A DNA stretch of 64,000 nucleotides from Armatimonadota bacterium (GTDB lineage: Bacteria > Armatimonadota > Zipacnadia > Zipacnadales > FEN-943): assembly GCA_003170595.1 (NCBI GenBank), contig PMZA01000195.1:80-64079 (forward strand). Direction: 5' to 3'. Positions 6,689-17,200 of the stretch are shown piece by piece (position 1 is the stretch's first letter; each line of letters begins with the position of its first letter). Under the pieces are notes generated by a model, which was given only the letters and a program-made list of their open reading frames with translations, searched no databases and had not been told where the DNA came from. The position numbers and the translations under genes were made by a program.

Positions 6689-9673
6689 ATGCGAGTGACC
6701 ACGTGCCTGGTATTAGCCTTCTTGATGCGCGCCGCAGCTTGCGCTCCTGCCGACGACGGGCTTGCCGCGTACTGGCGCTTCGACACAGCCGGCGCCCAGG
6801 CGCAGGACCTATCGGGCAAGGGCCACACCGCGGTGGTCACGGGCGGCCAGGTGCTCACGGAGAACGGCCGGACCTTCCTGCGCATGGATGGGCAGACGAG
6901 AATCGATGTGCCCTCCAGCCCCGACTTGAGCGCGCGGCGCGGCTTCAGCCTTGAGGCGCGCGTGAGGCCGACCGACCTCTCCGACGGGCGCACGATCTTC
7001 TTCAAGCTCGACGAGTACATGGTGCGCATCGACTGGCCGAAGGAGACAAGCCACCTCTCGTTCTTCGTGCATGAGGGGAGCCAGTGGGAGCCTCGGGTCA
7101 GCGCGGCAAAGCCCCTGCCGGGCAGGTGGCTGCACATCGTCGCCGTGTGGGACGGGGCGCAGGAGGTCCTCTGGGTTAACGGCTTGCCCCACGCGATGCA
7201 GCGCATCGGCGATGCTCCTCCGGCGACGAACAACCCGCTGTGCATCGGCTCGGCGGTCGGGTTCGGCGCGGGGTTCATCGGCGACATCGAGTACGCGAAG
7301 GTCTACGATCGCGCGCTGACGTCGGGCGAAGTCCTCAGCGCCGCGTACGGGCTGGGCGAGAGGCCTGCGAGTTCGGCGTCCACCGAGAGCGCCTTCGACT
7401 TCCGCGACGGGCCGCACGGTTGGACCGGGCGCGAAGGTGCCGAGGCGTCGCAGTCGGCGGACGGGATGATCGTTAAGGCGCCGCTGCCCGACGCGCTCGT
7501 CCTCCACGATCACCTCGACGTGGATGTGAGCAAGCGCGACTTCGTCACCGTGCGCATGGCCGTGGATAAGGGCAGCCGCGGCACGCTCGTCTTCGCTACG
7601 ACGGCCGGCGCGTCCCGGGTGCCGTTCCAGACTTACGCTGATGGCCGCATGCACACCTACATCCTCGAAGCGTGGCAGCACGTCGGCTGGGGCGGCAAGC
7701 TTCTGGCCCTGGGCGTGGCTCCCGCCGAGGTCGAGCAGGCGACGGCGCGCCTTCAGTATGTGCGCGTGACTGAGGAACCGAGCGGCGAGGGCGAGGTCGT
7801 GCTGCAGCGGCTCTTCACCGACTCCGTGCTCCCGCGGGGCGGGCGGCCGGAGAAGATCGTGGCGCGGCTCACGAATTCTGGAGGGCCCACGTCGCAGGTG
7901 AAGGTCACCCTTCGCGTGCCCCAGGGCTTCACCCTCACCGGCCCAGAGACGCAGACCCTTCCGTCGGTCGGCTACCTGCAGGATAAGGAGCTCACGTGGG
8001 TGGTGAAGGCCGGATCGGCGAAAGCAGGGCGCTTCATTGCCGACGTCGCCGGGCCACAGATCGCGAGTACATCCCTCGCGCAGGACCTAACCTTTCAGCC
8101 GTCGCTGCCTCTGACGAAGGCCTCCTACGTGCCTGAGCCCGTCCCGGTCGACACGGGCAAGTACATGATCCTGACCCACTACTGCCCGCTGTGGAAGCAT
8201 GGCACGCACACCGGCTGGAAGGCCATCGAGCCCTACCCCGAGCGCAAGCCAATTCTCGGCTGGTACAACGAGGGCACGCCGGAGGTCGCCGACTGGCACA
8301 TCAAGTACTGGCTCGAGCACGGCATCTCGGGCGTCGTCTATTGCTGGTACCGCTCTAACATCAACGGCCCGGTGCAGCAGGCCCTCGGCCACGCGATCCA
8401 CGACGGCCTCCTGAAGGCGCGGTACCTGCCGAAGATCAAGTTCGCGATCATGTGGGAGAACGGCTGCGGGCAGGGCGTCGGGTCGGTCCAGGATCTCATG
8501 GACAACGTCCTCCCCTTCTGGCTCGACAACTACTTCACCAACCCCTCCTATCTGAAGATCGACGGAAAGCCTGTTCTCTACGTCTGGGTCCCGTCGAATG
8601 TCACGCGGGAACTCGGAGGCAGCGAGACCGTGCGCAAGACCTTCGACGCGATGCGAGCGAAGGCGCGGGAGCGCGGCCTCGCCGGTCTCTACATCGTCGG
8701 CTGCGTGGGCACGGCGGACAAGGATGCCATCGCGCAGATGGCGACGGAAGGGTGGGATGCCACGAGCGCCTATGGCAACGGGTGGGTTCCGCCGGCGCAG
8801 ACCAAGACCGTCGGCAACTTCACCTGCGCCCCGGTCGAGAGCTTCATCGATCAGCAGGAGGCCCTCTGGAAGGCGAAGACCGGCTGGCAGCTCCTGCCAG
8901 ATATCACCTCGGCGATGATGGGCTGGGACTCGCGCCCATGGAATGAGACGCCCTTCTTCTTCTCCGACAACACGGCCGAGACGTTCCGCGACCTGTGCGT
9001 GCGGGCGAAGGCAGTCATGGACGCGAAGCCGGGCGACGGAGTGGACAAGAAGACTATGATCTTCTGCTGCTGGAACGAGTTCGGCGAGGGGCACTACATC
9101 GAGCCCACGCGCGGATATGGCTTCTCGTACCTCGACGTGATCCGCGATGTCTTCAGCACCGCCCCGCGCAAGCACACCGACCTCGCGCCGGAGGATGTGG
9201 GGCTCGGGCCCTACGACTCGTGGTACGCGCAGGCCAAGGCTGCCGCGCCCGTGAGCCAGGTCACGTCGCAGTCGTCATGGAAGGGCGAGGCCCTCGCCGC
9301 CTGGACGGCCTTCATGGGGCTCGATCAGGTGAGCGTGAGCAAGGCGGGGATGAGGGCGGTGTCGAATACCTCTGACCCAGCCTTCTCATCGCCTGGGCTG
9401 AAGATTCGGGCGAGGCACTACTCGCGCGTGGTCGTCGAGATGCGGGTAAGTCAGTCCGATGACGCGCAACTCTTCTTCACCACGATCTCGACGCCGGGCG
9501 CGAGTGAGTCTGCGAGCGTCCACGCCAAGACTGTCGCCGACGGAAAGTACCACCGCTACGTCTTCGAGGTGGGCAAGAACGAGTACTGGGGCGGGTGCGT
9601 GACAAGCCTGCGGTTTGACCCGGTTAGCAAGACGGGCGCCACCATCGAGATCGCCTCGATCGCCCTGGAGTAA
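6689..9673 (+). CDS. Gene E: secreted multidomain protein with LamG-like N-domain, WbsX-like (GH99-like) barrel and two copies of an unassigned beta-sandwich
   Basis: SD AGGAGG lies 8 nt before the ATG; signal peptide present. LamG pattern: LAAYWRFD...GRWLHIVAVWDG...FIGDIEYAKVYDRAL. Barrel: YMILTHYCPLWK, PILGWYNEGTPEVADWHIKYWLEHGISGVVYCWY, FAIMWEN, KPVLYVWVP and FCCWNEFGEGHYIEPT, as in the Pfam Glyco_tran_WbsX type. Duplicated sandwich at 7379-7777 and 9266-9670. A NEW3/CARDB-like segment reads VKVTLRVPQGFTLTGPETQTLP. Confidence 0.75.
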   Translation: MRVTTCLVLAFLMRAAACAPADDGLAAYWRFDTAGAQAQDLSGKGHTAVVTGGQVLTENGRTFLRMDGQTRIDVPSSPDLSARRGFSLEARVRPTDLSDGRTIFFKLDEYMVRIDWPKETSHLSFFVHEGSQWEPRVSAAKPLPGRWLHIVAVWDGAQEVLWVNGLPHAMQRIGDAPPATNNPLCIGSAVGFGAGFIGDIEYAKVYDRALTSGEVLSAAYGLGERPASSASTESAFDFRDGPHGWTGREGAEASQSADGMIVKAPLPDALVLHDHLDVDVSKRDFVTVRMAVDKGSRGTLVFATTAGASRVPFQTYADGRMHTYILEAWQHVGWGGKLLALGVAPAEVEQATARLQYVRVTEEPSGEGEVVLQRLFTDSVLPRGGRPEKIVARLTNSGGPTSQVKVTLRVPQGFTLTGPETQTLPSVGYLQDKELTWVVKAGSAKAGRFIADVAGPQIASTSLAQDLTFQPSLPLTKASYVPEPVPVDTGKYMILTHYCPLWKHGTHTGWKAIEPYPERKPILGWYNEGTPEVADWHIKYWLEHGISGVVYCWYRSNINGPVQQALGHAIHDGLLKARYLPKIKFAIMWENGCGQGVGSVQDLMDNVLPFWLDNYFTNPSYLKIDGKPVLYVWVPSNVTRELGGSETVRKTFDAMRAKARERGLAGLYIVGCVGTADKDAIAQMATEGWDATSAYGNGWVPPAQTKTVGNFTCAPVESFIDQQEALWKAKTGWQLLPDITSAMMGWDSRPWNETPFFFSDNTAETFRDLCVRAKAVMDAKPGDGVDKKTMIFCCWNEFGEGHYIEPTRGYGFSYLDVIRDVFSTAPRKHTDLAPEDVGLGPYDSWYAQAKAAAPVSQVTSQSSWKGEALAAWTAFMGLDQVSVSKAGMRAVSNTSDPAFSSPGLKIRARHYSRVVVEMRVSQSDDAQLFFTTISTPGASESASVHAKTVADGKYHRYVFEVGKNEYWGGCVTSLRFDPVSKTGATIEIASIALE

Positions 9674-9723
9674 CGGCTCGCTCGCTAAGAGACACAGTCT
9701 TGCTTACGGAGGCGCGGTTCCCC

Positions 9724-12700
9724 ATGTGCGCCCGGACATTCTTGCTTGCCCTGGCATGGATCAGCGTTGCCGGATCGGCGAACGCGGCCGCGGTCGTGGG
9801 CCCGGGCAATTTCATCGCCAACGATCAGGTACGCGTGGCGCCGTTGATGGAGGGCGACCGATGCACCGGCTTTCGCGTGACGGCCGGTCAGAAGCGAGTG
9901 GCCGATCTGCGCCTCGGGCCGCGAGGCGTCATCGTCGCGGCGAAGGTTGAGGCCCGCACGGAAGGCGCCGCCGCGGTGCTTCGCCTCGACGGACTGAGTG
10001 TGCCCAGCGGCGCGGTGAAGCTCACGGCCGACTCGTCGGTCACGGTCCGTGTCACCGAAGGCTCACCGTGGCCCAACGTATCCTTTGACCTCGGCCTCGC
10101 GGCCTTCGACGAGGCGGCGTGGCAGAAGCTCGTTGGCGGGACGCTCCCCTTCCACTTCCTCGTCTGCGACCTCGCTGACGCGACCATGTTCTACCAGGGC
10201 GGCGGGATGATCCCCATGCCCTCGGTCGACCCCTTCCCCATCACCGCGACGGGGTACATGGCCGGCGAGTGGGCGAAGGGCTGGACCTATGCGCCACCGA
10301 TCGCGGGGTGGGCGGTGCCGACGGTCGGGATGTGGAACGACCGCGCCGGGACCTTCGTCGCCTACGACTTCAACGAGCAGCGGCACACCGACCGCTCGGG
10401 CGAGTTCCTGGCCAGCGCCGGCTGTGTGGGCAGCGGCGGCGCGCCGTTCTTCTGCCTCGTCCACCCCTACCAGAAGCAGTTCGTAAAGCTCACCTATCCG
10501 CAGGTGCCGTCGAGGGCGGCGGCGCACTTCGAGCTGATCTATTCCTTCGACCTGCCCAGCGCGAAGGACCCCAACCAGTTCGTCCTTGAGCGGCTATGGC
10601 GCGAGAAGCGGGCGCTGCTCCCGCCCGTGCCGCGGATGAACGACCTCGCGTGGATCCCGGAGTACGACGGCTTCACACCCAGCGGCGGCATCGAGCCCAC
10701 TGCCACCGGCGTTAACCTGATCTGGACGAGCGGGACGACGGGGCTTGACGGCGCCTTCCTCGAGCCGGGGTCCAAGATGATCGGCAACGATTTCATCGCC
10801 GACGGCATCCTCCGCGCGCGAACGCTGGGCAAGCCGGGCGACCTGGATGCCCTGCAGCACGACGTCGACTACCTCATGGATCACTGCACGTGGGTGAACA
10901 TCGACGGAGATCGTTGCGCGACGTGGATCCATCCGATCGAGGGCAAGTTCCGCGACATGTGGGGCGGCGAGCGATGCAGCGGCAATCATCATCCCAGCAC
11001 CTTCCAGATCGGCGCCGGCATGCTCCTCCTCTACCAGACGACGAAGGATCGGCGGCTGCTGCCCTACATCGACGGCGTCTACAATTGGTGCCGGCACTAC
11101 CTGTTCACGCGCGACGGCGTATGCGACCTCTCGTGGGCGATGTTCTCGCGCGAGGCCACGGCGGTCGGCGAGAACTTCCTGCTCAACTATCGGAAGGTCT
11201 TCCGCGACGATCAGGTGAGAAGCCGTCGCGCCGACGAGGCACTGGAACTTGCGCGCACGGCGGTCTACAAGAACCTGTGGTTCTATACTGCCGACCCCGA
11301 TCCGTCCGACGACCTGGACCCCACGTTCCTCAACCAGGCGACGAACGACTGCAGGTGGGCGGGCCGCGTGACGTGGAACGAGGCCGGCTGGGTCCTGCGG
11401 TCGATGGTGCCGGTGTATTGCGAGACGGGCGACTCGTTCTTGAAGTACCTGCTGCGCGGATCCATCGAGCGCTACTACGCGGGCTTTCGCGACGATGGCG
11501 GCGTGGCCGAGAACCTGCAGATCCTGGGCGAGTTCGAGCCCAAAGGCCTGCGCACGGGCGGCTTCCCCGACCCCGAGCACGGCGACTGCGTGCGGCGGTG
11601 GGCGAGGCCGGTAGCGCCGGCGAAGATGAGGGTGGCGATGGGCCAGAAGGCGGCGATAGCCTTCTGCCTGGGCACGCGATCCTACGACGTCGCCGAGTAC
11701 CGCTATGCGGCGCCAGCAAACTTCTCCTTCCGCCTGGTGGGCCTACCGACCGCCGCGCCGGGCGAGGCTTTGGACCTCGTCGCGACCGCGCCCTTCCGTG
11801 ACCTCCGCGGCCAACCGATCACCATCAACGGTCATCCCCTCTCCGCCGACCGGTACGAGTTCAATGCCACGACGGCAGGCGAGGATGTGTTCATCGCAGG
11901 CGTCAAACCCGGCGATGTGGTGATGATCGGCGACGCATCGTCCGCGAAGGCTGCGGCCGAGGACGATGGCATACCTTACCGTGACGCGCCGCAACCTGCG
12001 AAGGCGCCGTGGCAGACGGTGGATCTGCGGGCGGCTTGCGAGACGTCGCTGAAGACGGACTGGTGGCAGGCCGGATCGTGGTATGGTCTCGCCCCCGGCC
12101 GGAGGGAAGTCTGGCGCATCCCCGTCGATCTCGTCGACCCGGAGACCAACGGCGGGAGGAACGCTGTCGCCGGCGGCACCTTGCATATCGGCAGGCAGGC
12201 CACGGCGCTCGTTGCGGTCTTCGGCAGGCTGCGCGAGCCGCCGTCTTCCACGCCACTATTCGGCAGGCTTCGCGTCAACCTCGACCGCGGCGAGCAGGCC
12301 ACGGTGGATGTCAGCCAGGACCTCCCCTTCGACCTAACGAACGGCTTCCCGCTGCGCAAGTTCGACACCTACCTCGCGGTGGTGGATCTGGGTGGCCTGC
12401 GGACGATCCAGTCGATTACAGTCGAGGGCGGCACGCTGCTAGCGCTCACCCTCGCCGAGGCCCAGTCACCCGACGTCGGCTTCGCACTCTCGCGGGCGAA
12501 GGAAATCGCCTATCGCTCGGTCGCGGCACGCACGGCGCGGTACTATCAAGCCCCCCTCGCCCAGGCCCGCGACGACCATCCCTGGGCGGCCGGCATGACG
12601 CAGCCCTGGCGCTTCCGCCTCACGGCCGTGGGCGGGGCGACGGATCGCGCGGATGCGGTGCTGAACGCGCGGGAGGACTTCGCGGCAATCCTACGCCAGG

Positions 12701-14268
12701 TTGGGCTGAGCGGAACGGTGAACCCGGCATCGCTGCGCGCCGTCGAGGTCACGCCGGGACATGAGGCGGCCTCCGTGCCCGTGCAATTCGACCCGATCTC
12801 GCCGAAGGACAATCAGCGCGGCGAGCTCCTGGTGATCATGCCGGGACGGAGCCCTGCCGGTCAGACGCGGAGCTTCGATGTCTACTTCGGCCCGGAGAGC
12901 ATGCCCGCCAAGCCGGCCGTCGCCGCGCAGGTCAGTGCGGATCGGGTCACCGCCAACACGGGCAAGGGCGGGCTGTGGTTCGACTTCACCCTCGGTCACC
13001 CGCGCTGGACCGGCCTCTCCTTCGCCCCGAACGAGGGCGCAGTACCCGATCAGCAGGCGAACGTCCTCGGCCTGTCGGGCTTCAATGGCGGCCTGGCCGA
13101 CCTCACCACCTGCACGGACTACATCAAGTGGTACGACTTCGGTGGAAGCCAGACTGGCCCGGCGAAGGCGGAAGTCGTCAGCGCGGGGCCTGTCGCCACG
13201 ACGCTGCGCGTGTCCGGCATCGAGCTGTGGGGGCAGGGCGACGCGCCGGTGGGGCAAGCCACGTGGTACTTCCGCTTCTACGCGGGCAAACCCATCGTCG
13301 AGCAGTGGATCGACTACCAACTCGACCGCCTCGACCATGGCTGGACGCGCGATCTACAAGTGCGCTATGGGCTGCAGCGATGGGACCGAAACGGCACTCG
13401 CGGCAACGAGGATGAGTCGGTCGGATACGCCGATGACCTCGCGGTCGCGACGCTCGCCGGCGGGCCGACGACGATCCAGCCGCACTGCATGTACACGCCC
13501 GACGGCAACGTGCTGCAGGTCGCCTTCAACCAGCCCGACCTCCCGGGCGAGTACTTCACCGGGCGGTGGATCGCGCTGCCGTCGCGCCTTGCCGACACGA
13601 TCGAGACCGGCCCGCTGGCGCCTGTGGCGATCGAGCAGAGCGCCGTCGAGGCCCTGGCAGACGGCCGCGTCGTGAAGCTGGCGCCGGCGCCGGTGCAACT
13701 CGTCGAGTATGACCCCACCGAAGGCCGCGGACCCTCACCGCATATCCAAACCCGCGAAGTCACCGTCAGTGAGGGCAACCTCGTCCCGGACCCATCCTTC
13801 GAGCAGAAGGAAGCCTTCTGGGCGCTGGGGACCGGCGACACCGAGGCGCGATGGACGGCGACGCAGGTCTACTCGGGCAAGACCGCTGTGGACCTCTCGT
13901 GCACCGACAAGACACTCTCGATCCTGAGCACTAATGTCCGCGGCAGCCACGCGCTCGGTCTCGTGCCCAACGCGCTCTATGAGGTGACCTTCTGGGCGAA
14001 GTGCATCTCGGGCGAGGGCGAGATCCAGGTCAACTTCTACGGTGCCGAGCTGGGCCTCGACTTCCCTCACATCATCAGCCCGGTCCCGGCCGACGGCGAG
14101 TGGCACCAGATCCGCATCGAGGTCCCCACGGGCGACTTCCGCGTCGCCGCCGACAAGTCGCGGGTCTTCACGCGCACGCAGGCCGTCGCGCCGGCGCTAC
14201 GCCTGTGGACGTACCAGAAGGCGCAGAAGACGTACGTCGACCAGGTCGAGGCCCGGCGGCTGCGGTAG
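9724..14268 (+). CDS. Gene F: 1514-aa secreted protein with unassigned core and C-terminal CBM4_9-like module
   Basis: The track ORF starts at TTG 9700. I prefer ATG 9724 (GGAGG at 9708-9712), which gives the signal peptide MCARTFLLALAWISVAGSANA. Composition is protein-like throughout (W/Y/F/N/K-containing), unlike the overlapping antisense ORFs. The C-terminal ~150 aa reads GNLVPDPSFEQKEAFWAL...YEVTFWAKCISGEGEIQVNFYG (CBM4_9-like). Confidence 0.75.
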   Translation: MCARTFLLALAWISVAGSANAAAVVGPGNFIANDQVRVAPLMEGDRCTGFRVTAGQKRVADLRLGPRGVIVAAKVEARTEGAAAVLRLDGLSVPSGAVKLTADSSVTVRVTEGSPWPNVSFDLGLAAFDEAAWQKLVGGTLPFHFLVCDLADATMFYQGGGMIPMPSVDPFPITATGYMAGEWAKGWTYAPPIAGWAVPTVGMWNDRAGTFVAYDFNEQRHTDRSGEFLASAGCVGSGGAPFFCLVHPYQKQFVKLTYPQVPSRAAAHFELIYSFDLPSAKDPNQFVLERLWREKRALLPPVPRMNDLAWIPEYDGFTPSGGIEPTATGVNLIWTSGTTGLDGAFLEPGSKMIGNDFIADGILRARTLGKPGDLDALQHDVDYLMDHCTWVNIDGDRCATWIHPIEGKFRDMWGGERCSGNHHPSTFQIGAGMLLLYQTTKDRRLLPYIDGVYNWCRHYLFTRDGVCDLSWAMFSREATAVGENFLLNYRKVFRDDQVRSRRADEALELARTAVYKNLWFYTADPDPSDDLDPTFLNQATNDCRWAGRVTWNEAGWVLRSMVPVYCETGDSFLKYLLRGSIERYYAGFRDDGGVAENLQILGEFEPKGLRTGGFPDPEHGDCVRRWARPVAPAKMRVAMGQKAAIAFCLGTRSYDVAEYRYAAPANFSFRLVGLPTAAPGEALDLVATAPFRDLRGQPITINGHPLSADRYEFNATTAGEDVFIAGVKPGDVVMIGDASSAKAAAEDDGIPYRDAPQPAKAPWQTVDLRAACETSLKTDWWQAGSWYGLAPGRREVWRIPVDLVDPETNGGRNAVAGGTLHIGRQATALVAVFGRLREPPSSTPLFGRLRVNLDRGEQATVDVSQDLPFDLTNGFPLRKFDTYLAVVDLGGLRTIQSITVEGGTLLALTLAEAQSPDVGFALSRAKEIAYRSVAARTARYYQAPLAQARDDHPWAAGMTQPWRFRLTAVGGATDRADAVLNAREDFAAILRQVGLSGTVNPASLRAVEVTPGHEAASVPVQFDPISPKDNQRGELLVIMPGRSPAGQTRSFDVYFGPESMPAKPAVAAQVSADRVTANTGKGGLWFDFTLGHPRWTGLSFAPNEGAVPDQQANVLGLSGFNGGLADLTTCTDYIKWYDFGGSQTGPAKAEVVSAGPVATTLRVSGIELWGQGDAPVGQATWYFRFYAGKPIVEQWIDYQLDRLDHGWTRDLQVRYGLQRWDRNGTRGNEDESVGYADDLAVATLAGGPTTIQPHCMYTPDGNVLQVAFNQPDLPGEYFTGRWIALPSRLADTIETGPLAPVAIEQSAVEALADGRVVKLAPAPVQLVEYDPTEGRGPSPHIQTREVTVSEGNLVPDPSFEQKEAFWALGTGDTEARWTATQVYSGKTAVDLSCTDKTLSILSTNVRGSHALGLVPNALYEVTFWAKCISGEGEIQVNFYGAELGLDFPHIISPVPADGEWHQIRIEVPTGDFRVAADKSRVFTRTQAVAPALRLWTYQKAQKTYVDQVEARRLR

Positions 14269-14283
14269 GGGCCGCCCCTTCGC

Positions 14284-17200
14284 CTAGCGGGCCGGGATTT
14301 CCACCATCTGCGACGTGCCGGGCGCGATCGTCACCGTGACCTTGCCGGCAGGAAGAAACTTGCACGCGGCGGAGGTCGCCACCCACGTGCTGATGGGCGA
14401 GGCGGTCGGATTGTGGACCTCGATTACGGCGCGGGTGGCGCTCCAGTCGGTGAGGTTCAGGAAGAGACGGTCATCTCCTGCGCGGACGGGATGGCCGACG
14501 AAGAGGGACTTCGCACCCTCGCGCAAATCGGTGACCGCGTAGCCGTGTCCCTCGAAGACGCCGATGAAGCGAGGCGCGGCGGCCCCTTCGGCGATGACCG
14601 TGCTCCACCGATCGTTGAGCCCCTCAACCACGATTGGCAGCGATCCCGGCACGTCAGCCTTGCCGAGATCGACGACGGCGGCTCCATCCGCGGCCTTCAG
14701 GCATAGCTCGTAGACCGCACCCAGAAGCGTGCCCTGCTTGACGGCGATGCTGTAGCCCGGCTGGCCCGCGAGGCCGTACATGCGGCGGATGCGCTCGGGC
14801 GTCTCATTCATCTCTCCGGTCTTCGAGGTGAAGCATGAATAAAGGAAGCGGTAGCTCCAGGCGTCGCCGGCTTTGACCTTGCCGCCGGGGATGGGCGTGC
14901 CGAAGTTGGTGCCGAAGATGTTGGGCGCGCCCCACAAGCCGTAGGTGACCGGCGTGAGCGGGAATAGCGCCGGGGCACCGAGGCGGCGCGGGAAGGTCGT
15001 CAGATAGTCGCCGGGCTTGGCCGTGTCCACGCGGTAGAAGGGCTGGGCGCCCTCGGGCGTAGCGCGGACCTGGCGCGTGCCGTCGGCGGCAGCGTAGGCG
15101 AAGTACTGAAGCTCTCCGCCCTTGCTGCCGTTGTCGCTGAGCATGTAGAAGATGACGCCGAGGTCGGTCGGGCCAGAGGCAACGGTCGTATCCGCGAGGG
15201 CGCGAACCTTGCCCTCGACGAGCATGTAGCCCGGCGCGTTCTCGGCCACGCGATAGTGATAGCGGGTGACCTCATCGGCAATGAACTTGCGCGGCAGGAG
15301 GGCCGGCGTCGGCTTGCAGTCGCCCCAGTCGTCGCGATGCTGAAACTTGCCCTCGCCGACCTCTCGGGTGATCGTGCAGTCGCGCGAGGCGAAGACCGTG
15401 CGCTTGGTGCAGGCGAGCATCCCCAGGTCGTTCTCGCCGGCGATGTCCACATCCTTCGCCGGCGCCAGGACGGCCTCGCAGAAGGAGCCGAAGCCTGCCG
15501 CCCCACCGTCCCAGAAGGGCGGGAAGAGGTCGTAGATGTCGATGTGCGGGGCGGCGTCGTACTGGGCGGGCCAGGGCTCGTAGCCCCAGCTACCCTCGCC
15601 GAGGGAGTTCTGGCGGTCGGCGCACATGAAGAAGACGTGCTCCATCGTGTGGGTCTTGAGGTGCGAGGAGATCATTTCGCCGCCGCGGGCGTCGCGGGCG
15701 CGGACGGTGAACTGCTGCTGCTTGCCGTGATGGCCGACGTGGTCGAGGGCGAAGGTGGGCGTACTGGGGCGGAAGTCGCGATAGAGATGCGTGCCGTCCA
15801 TGATCCGCACCTCGCTGAGCGGGGCGTCGGCCTGGACGCCGAGGCGGAACTCCCAGCGGTCGGTGCCCGGGGCGGTCGCTCGCCAGGAGTTCATGTTGAT
15901 CTCCTGCCAGTCGGTGAGCCGCGGCCCCGAGGAGAGGTACGTCGGCTGCGGGTTCGAGAAGTAGCTGTCGCCCGCCTTGCCGCCGTCGAGGATGTCGGCG
16001 GCCTGCCGCAGCGACGCCGCCCAGAGGCGCGTCTGGAAGCCCGACTTCGCCTTCGCCACGCCCTCGGGCGAGGAGACGAAGTGCACGGCCAGCGGGATCG
16101 GGTAGTAGCAGTTCTCCTCGAGGAGGAGATAGTCGTCGTACGAGTCGTCGGTCAGGCGATCGTCCTGGTAGGTGAAGACGGCGACGCACGAGTAATGGCG
16201 GAGGTGGAGGATGGGGTTCTTCTTCGTGGTGAGCGAGTGGATGGCCACGTGCCGCCACGCCGAGACCTTCGCCCAGAGTGTGTAGGTGTCGATGACCTGG
16301 CCCTTGTCGTTGAAGCACTTGCGGTACCACTCGTCATCGGGCCAGGGCATATTGCCGAAGAGCATGTAGGAGTTGCCCTGAGGGTCGCGGTAGCGAAGGC
16401 CCGGAAGAGCGAGGAACTGCTTGCCCGAGGCGGCGGCGCAGACCTGGCTGAGGTCTTTCCACTTCGCGGCGTTCATACCCTCGACCGGCTCGGCGAAGAT
16501 GGCGATCTGATAGCCGGCGGCCCTGGCGGCGTCAATCATCGCGGCGGGGGTCGAGGCGCCGCCCGAGAGGTTCGATTGCATGCCCACGAGGGCGAGGTAG
16601 TCCTGGTGTTGTGCCGGGGCGAAGGCGGCCTGGGCCCAGTCGAGCGGGATGGCGCGCTGTTCCTGGGGGCGGTAGTCGACGACGGTCTTGGGCGCTATGT
16701 AACCACCGAGGCGGGCGTCCTGAAGCGACGGCTCGGCGAGCCACTTCACGGCGTTGAGGAAGAGAGGCTTCATGTCGCTGCGCAGGCCCTTCGCCGTGCC
16801 GTCCCACACCATCGAGTTCCACGACGGATGGTCGCAGCCGCCGGTCACGAACGAGGGGTAGATGGGGAGCAGGCCGACGCGGCCCTTGCCGACCTGGCGC
16901 ACGGCGAAGATCGGTGGGGCCGAGGCGATCGATAGAGGCGGCTGGGTGACGAGGTCGTCGCCCTTCGCGCGGACCGAGCGGGCGGAGTCCTTGCCGCGGA
17001 GAAGGACTTGCCAGTCGGGGCTCGCGGTGAAGGCGACGGTGGTGAGGATGCCGTCGGCTCGCCAGGCCTTCCCCGGATACCACGTGCCCTTCACGCCCTG
17101 CGTGATCGGGTGCGGGGCGACGTTGTCCGTCCAGCAGAAGGGGTAGCGCTGGAACCACGCGTCGGACTGCACGACGTTATCGGGGTCGACCACCTGCTCG

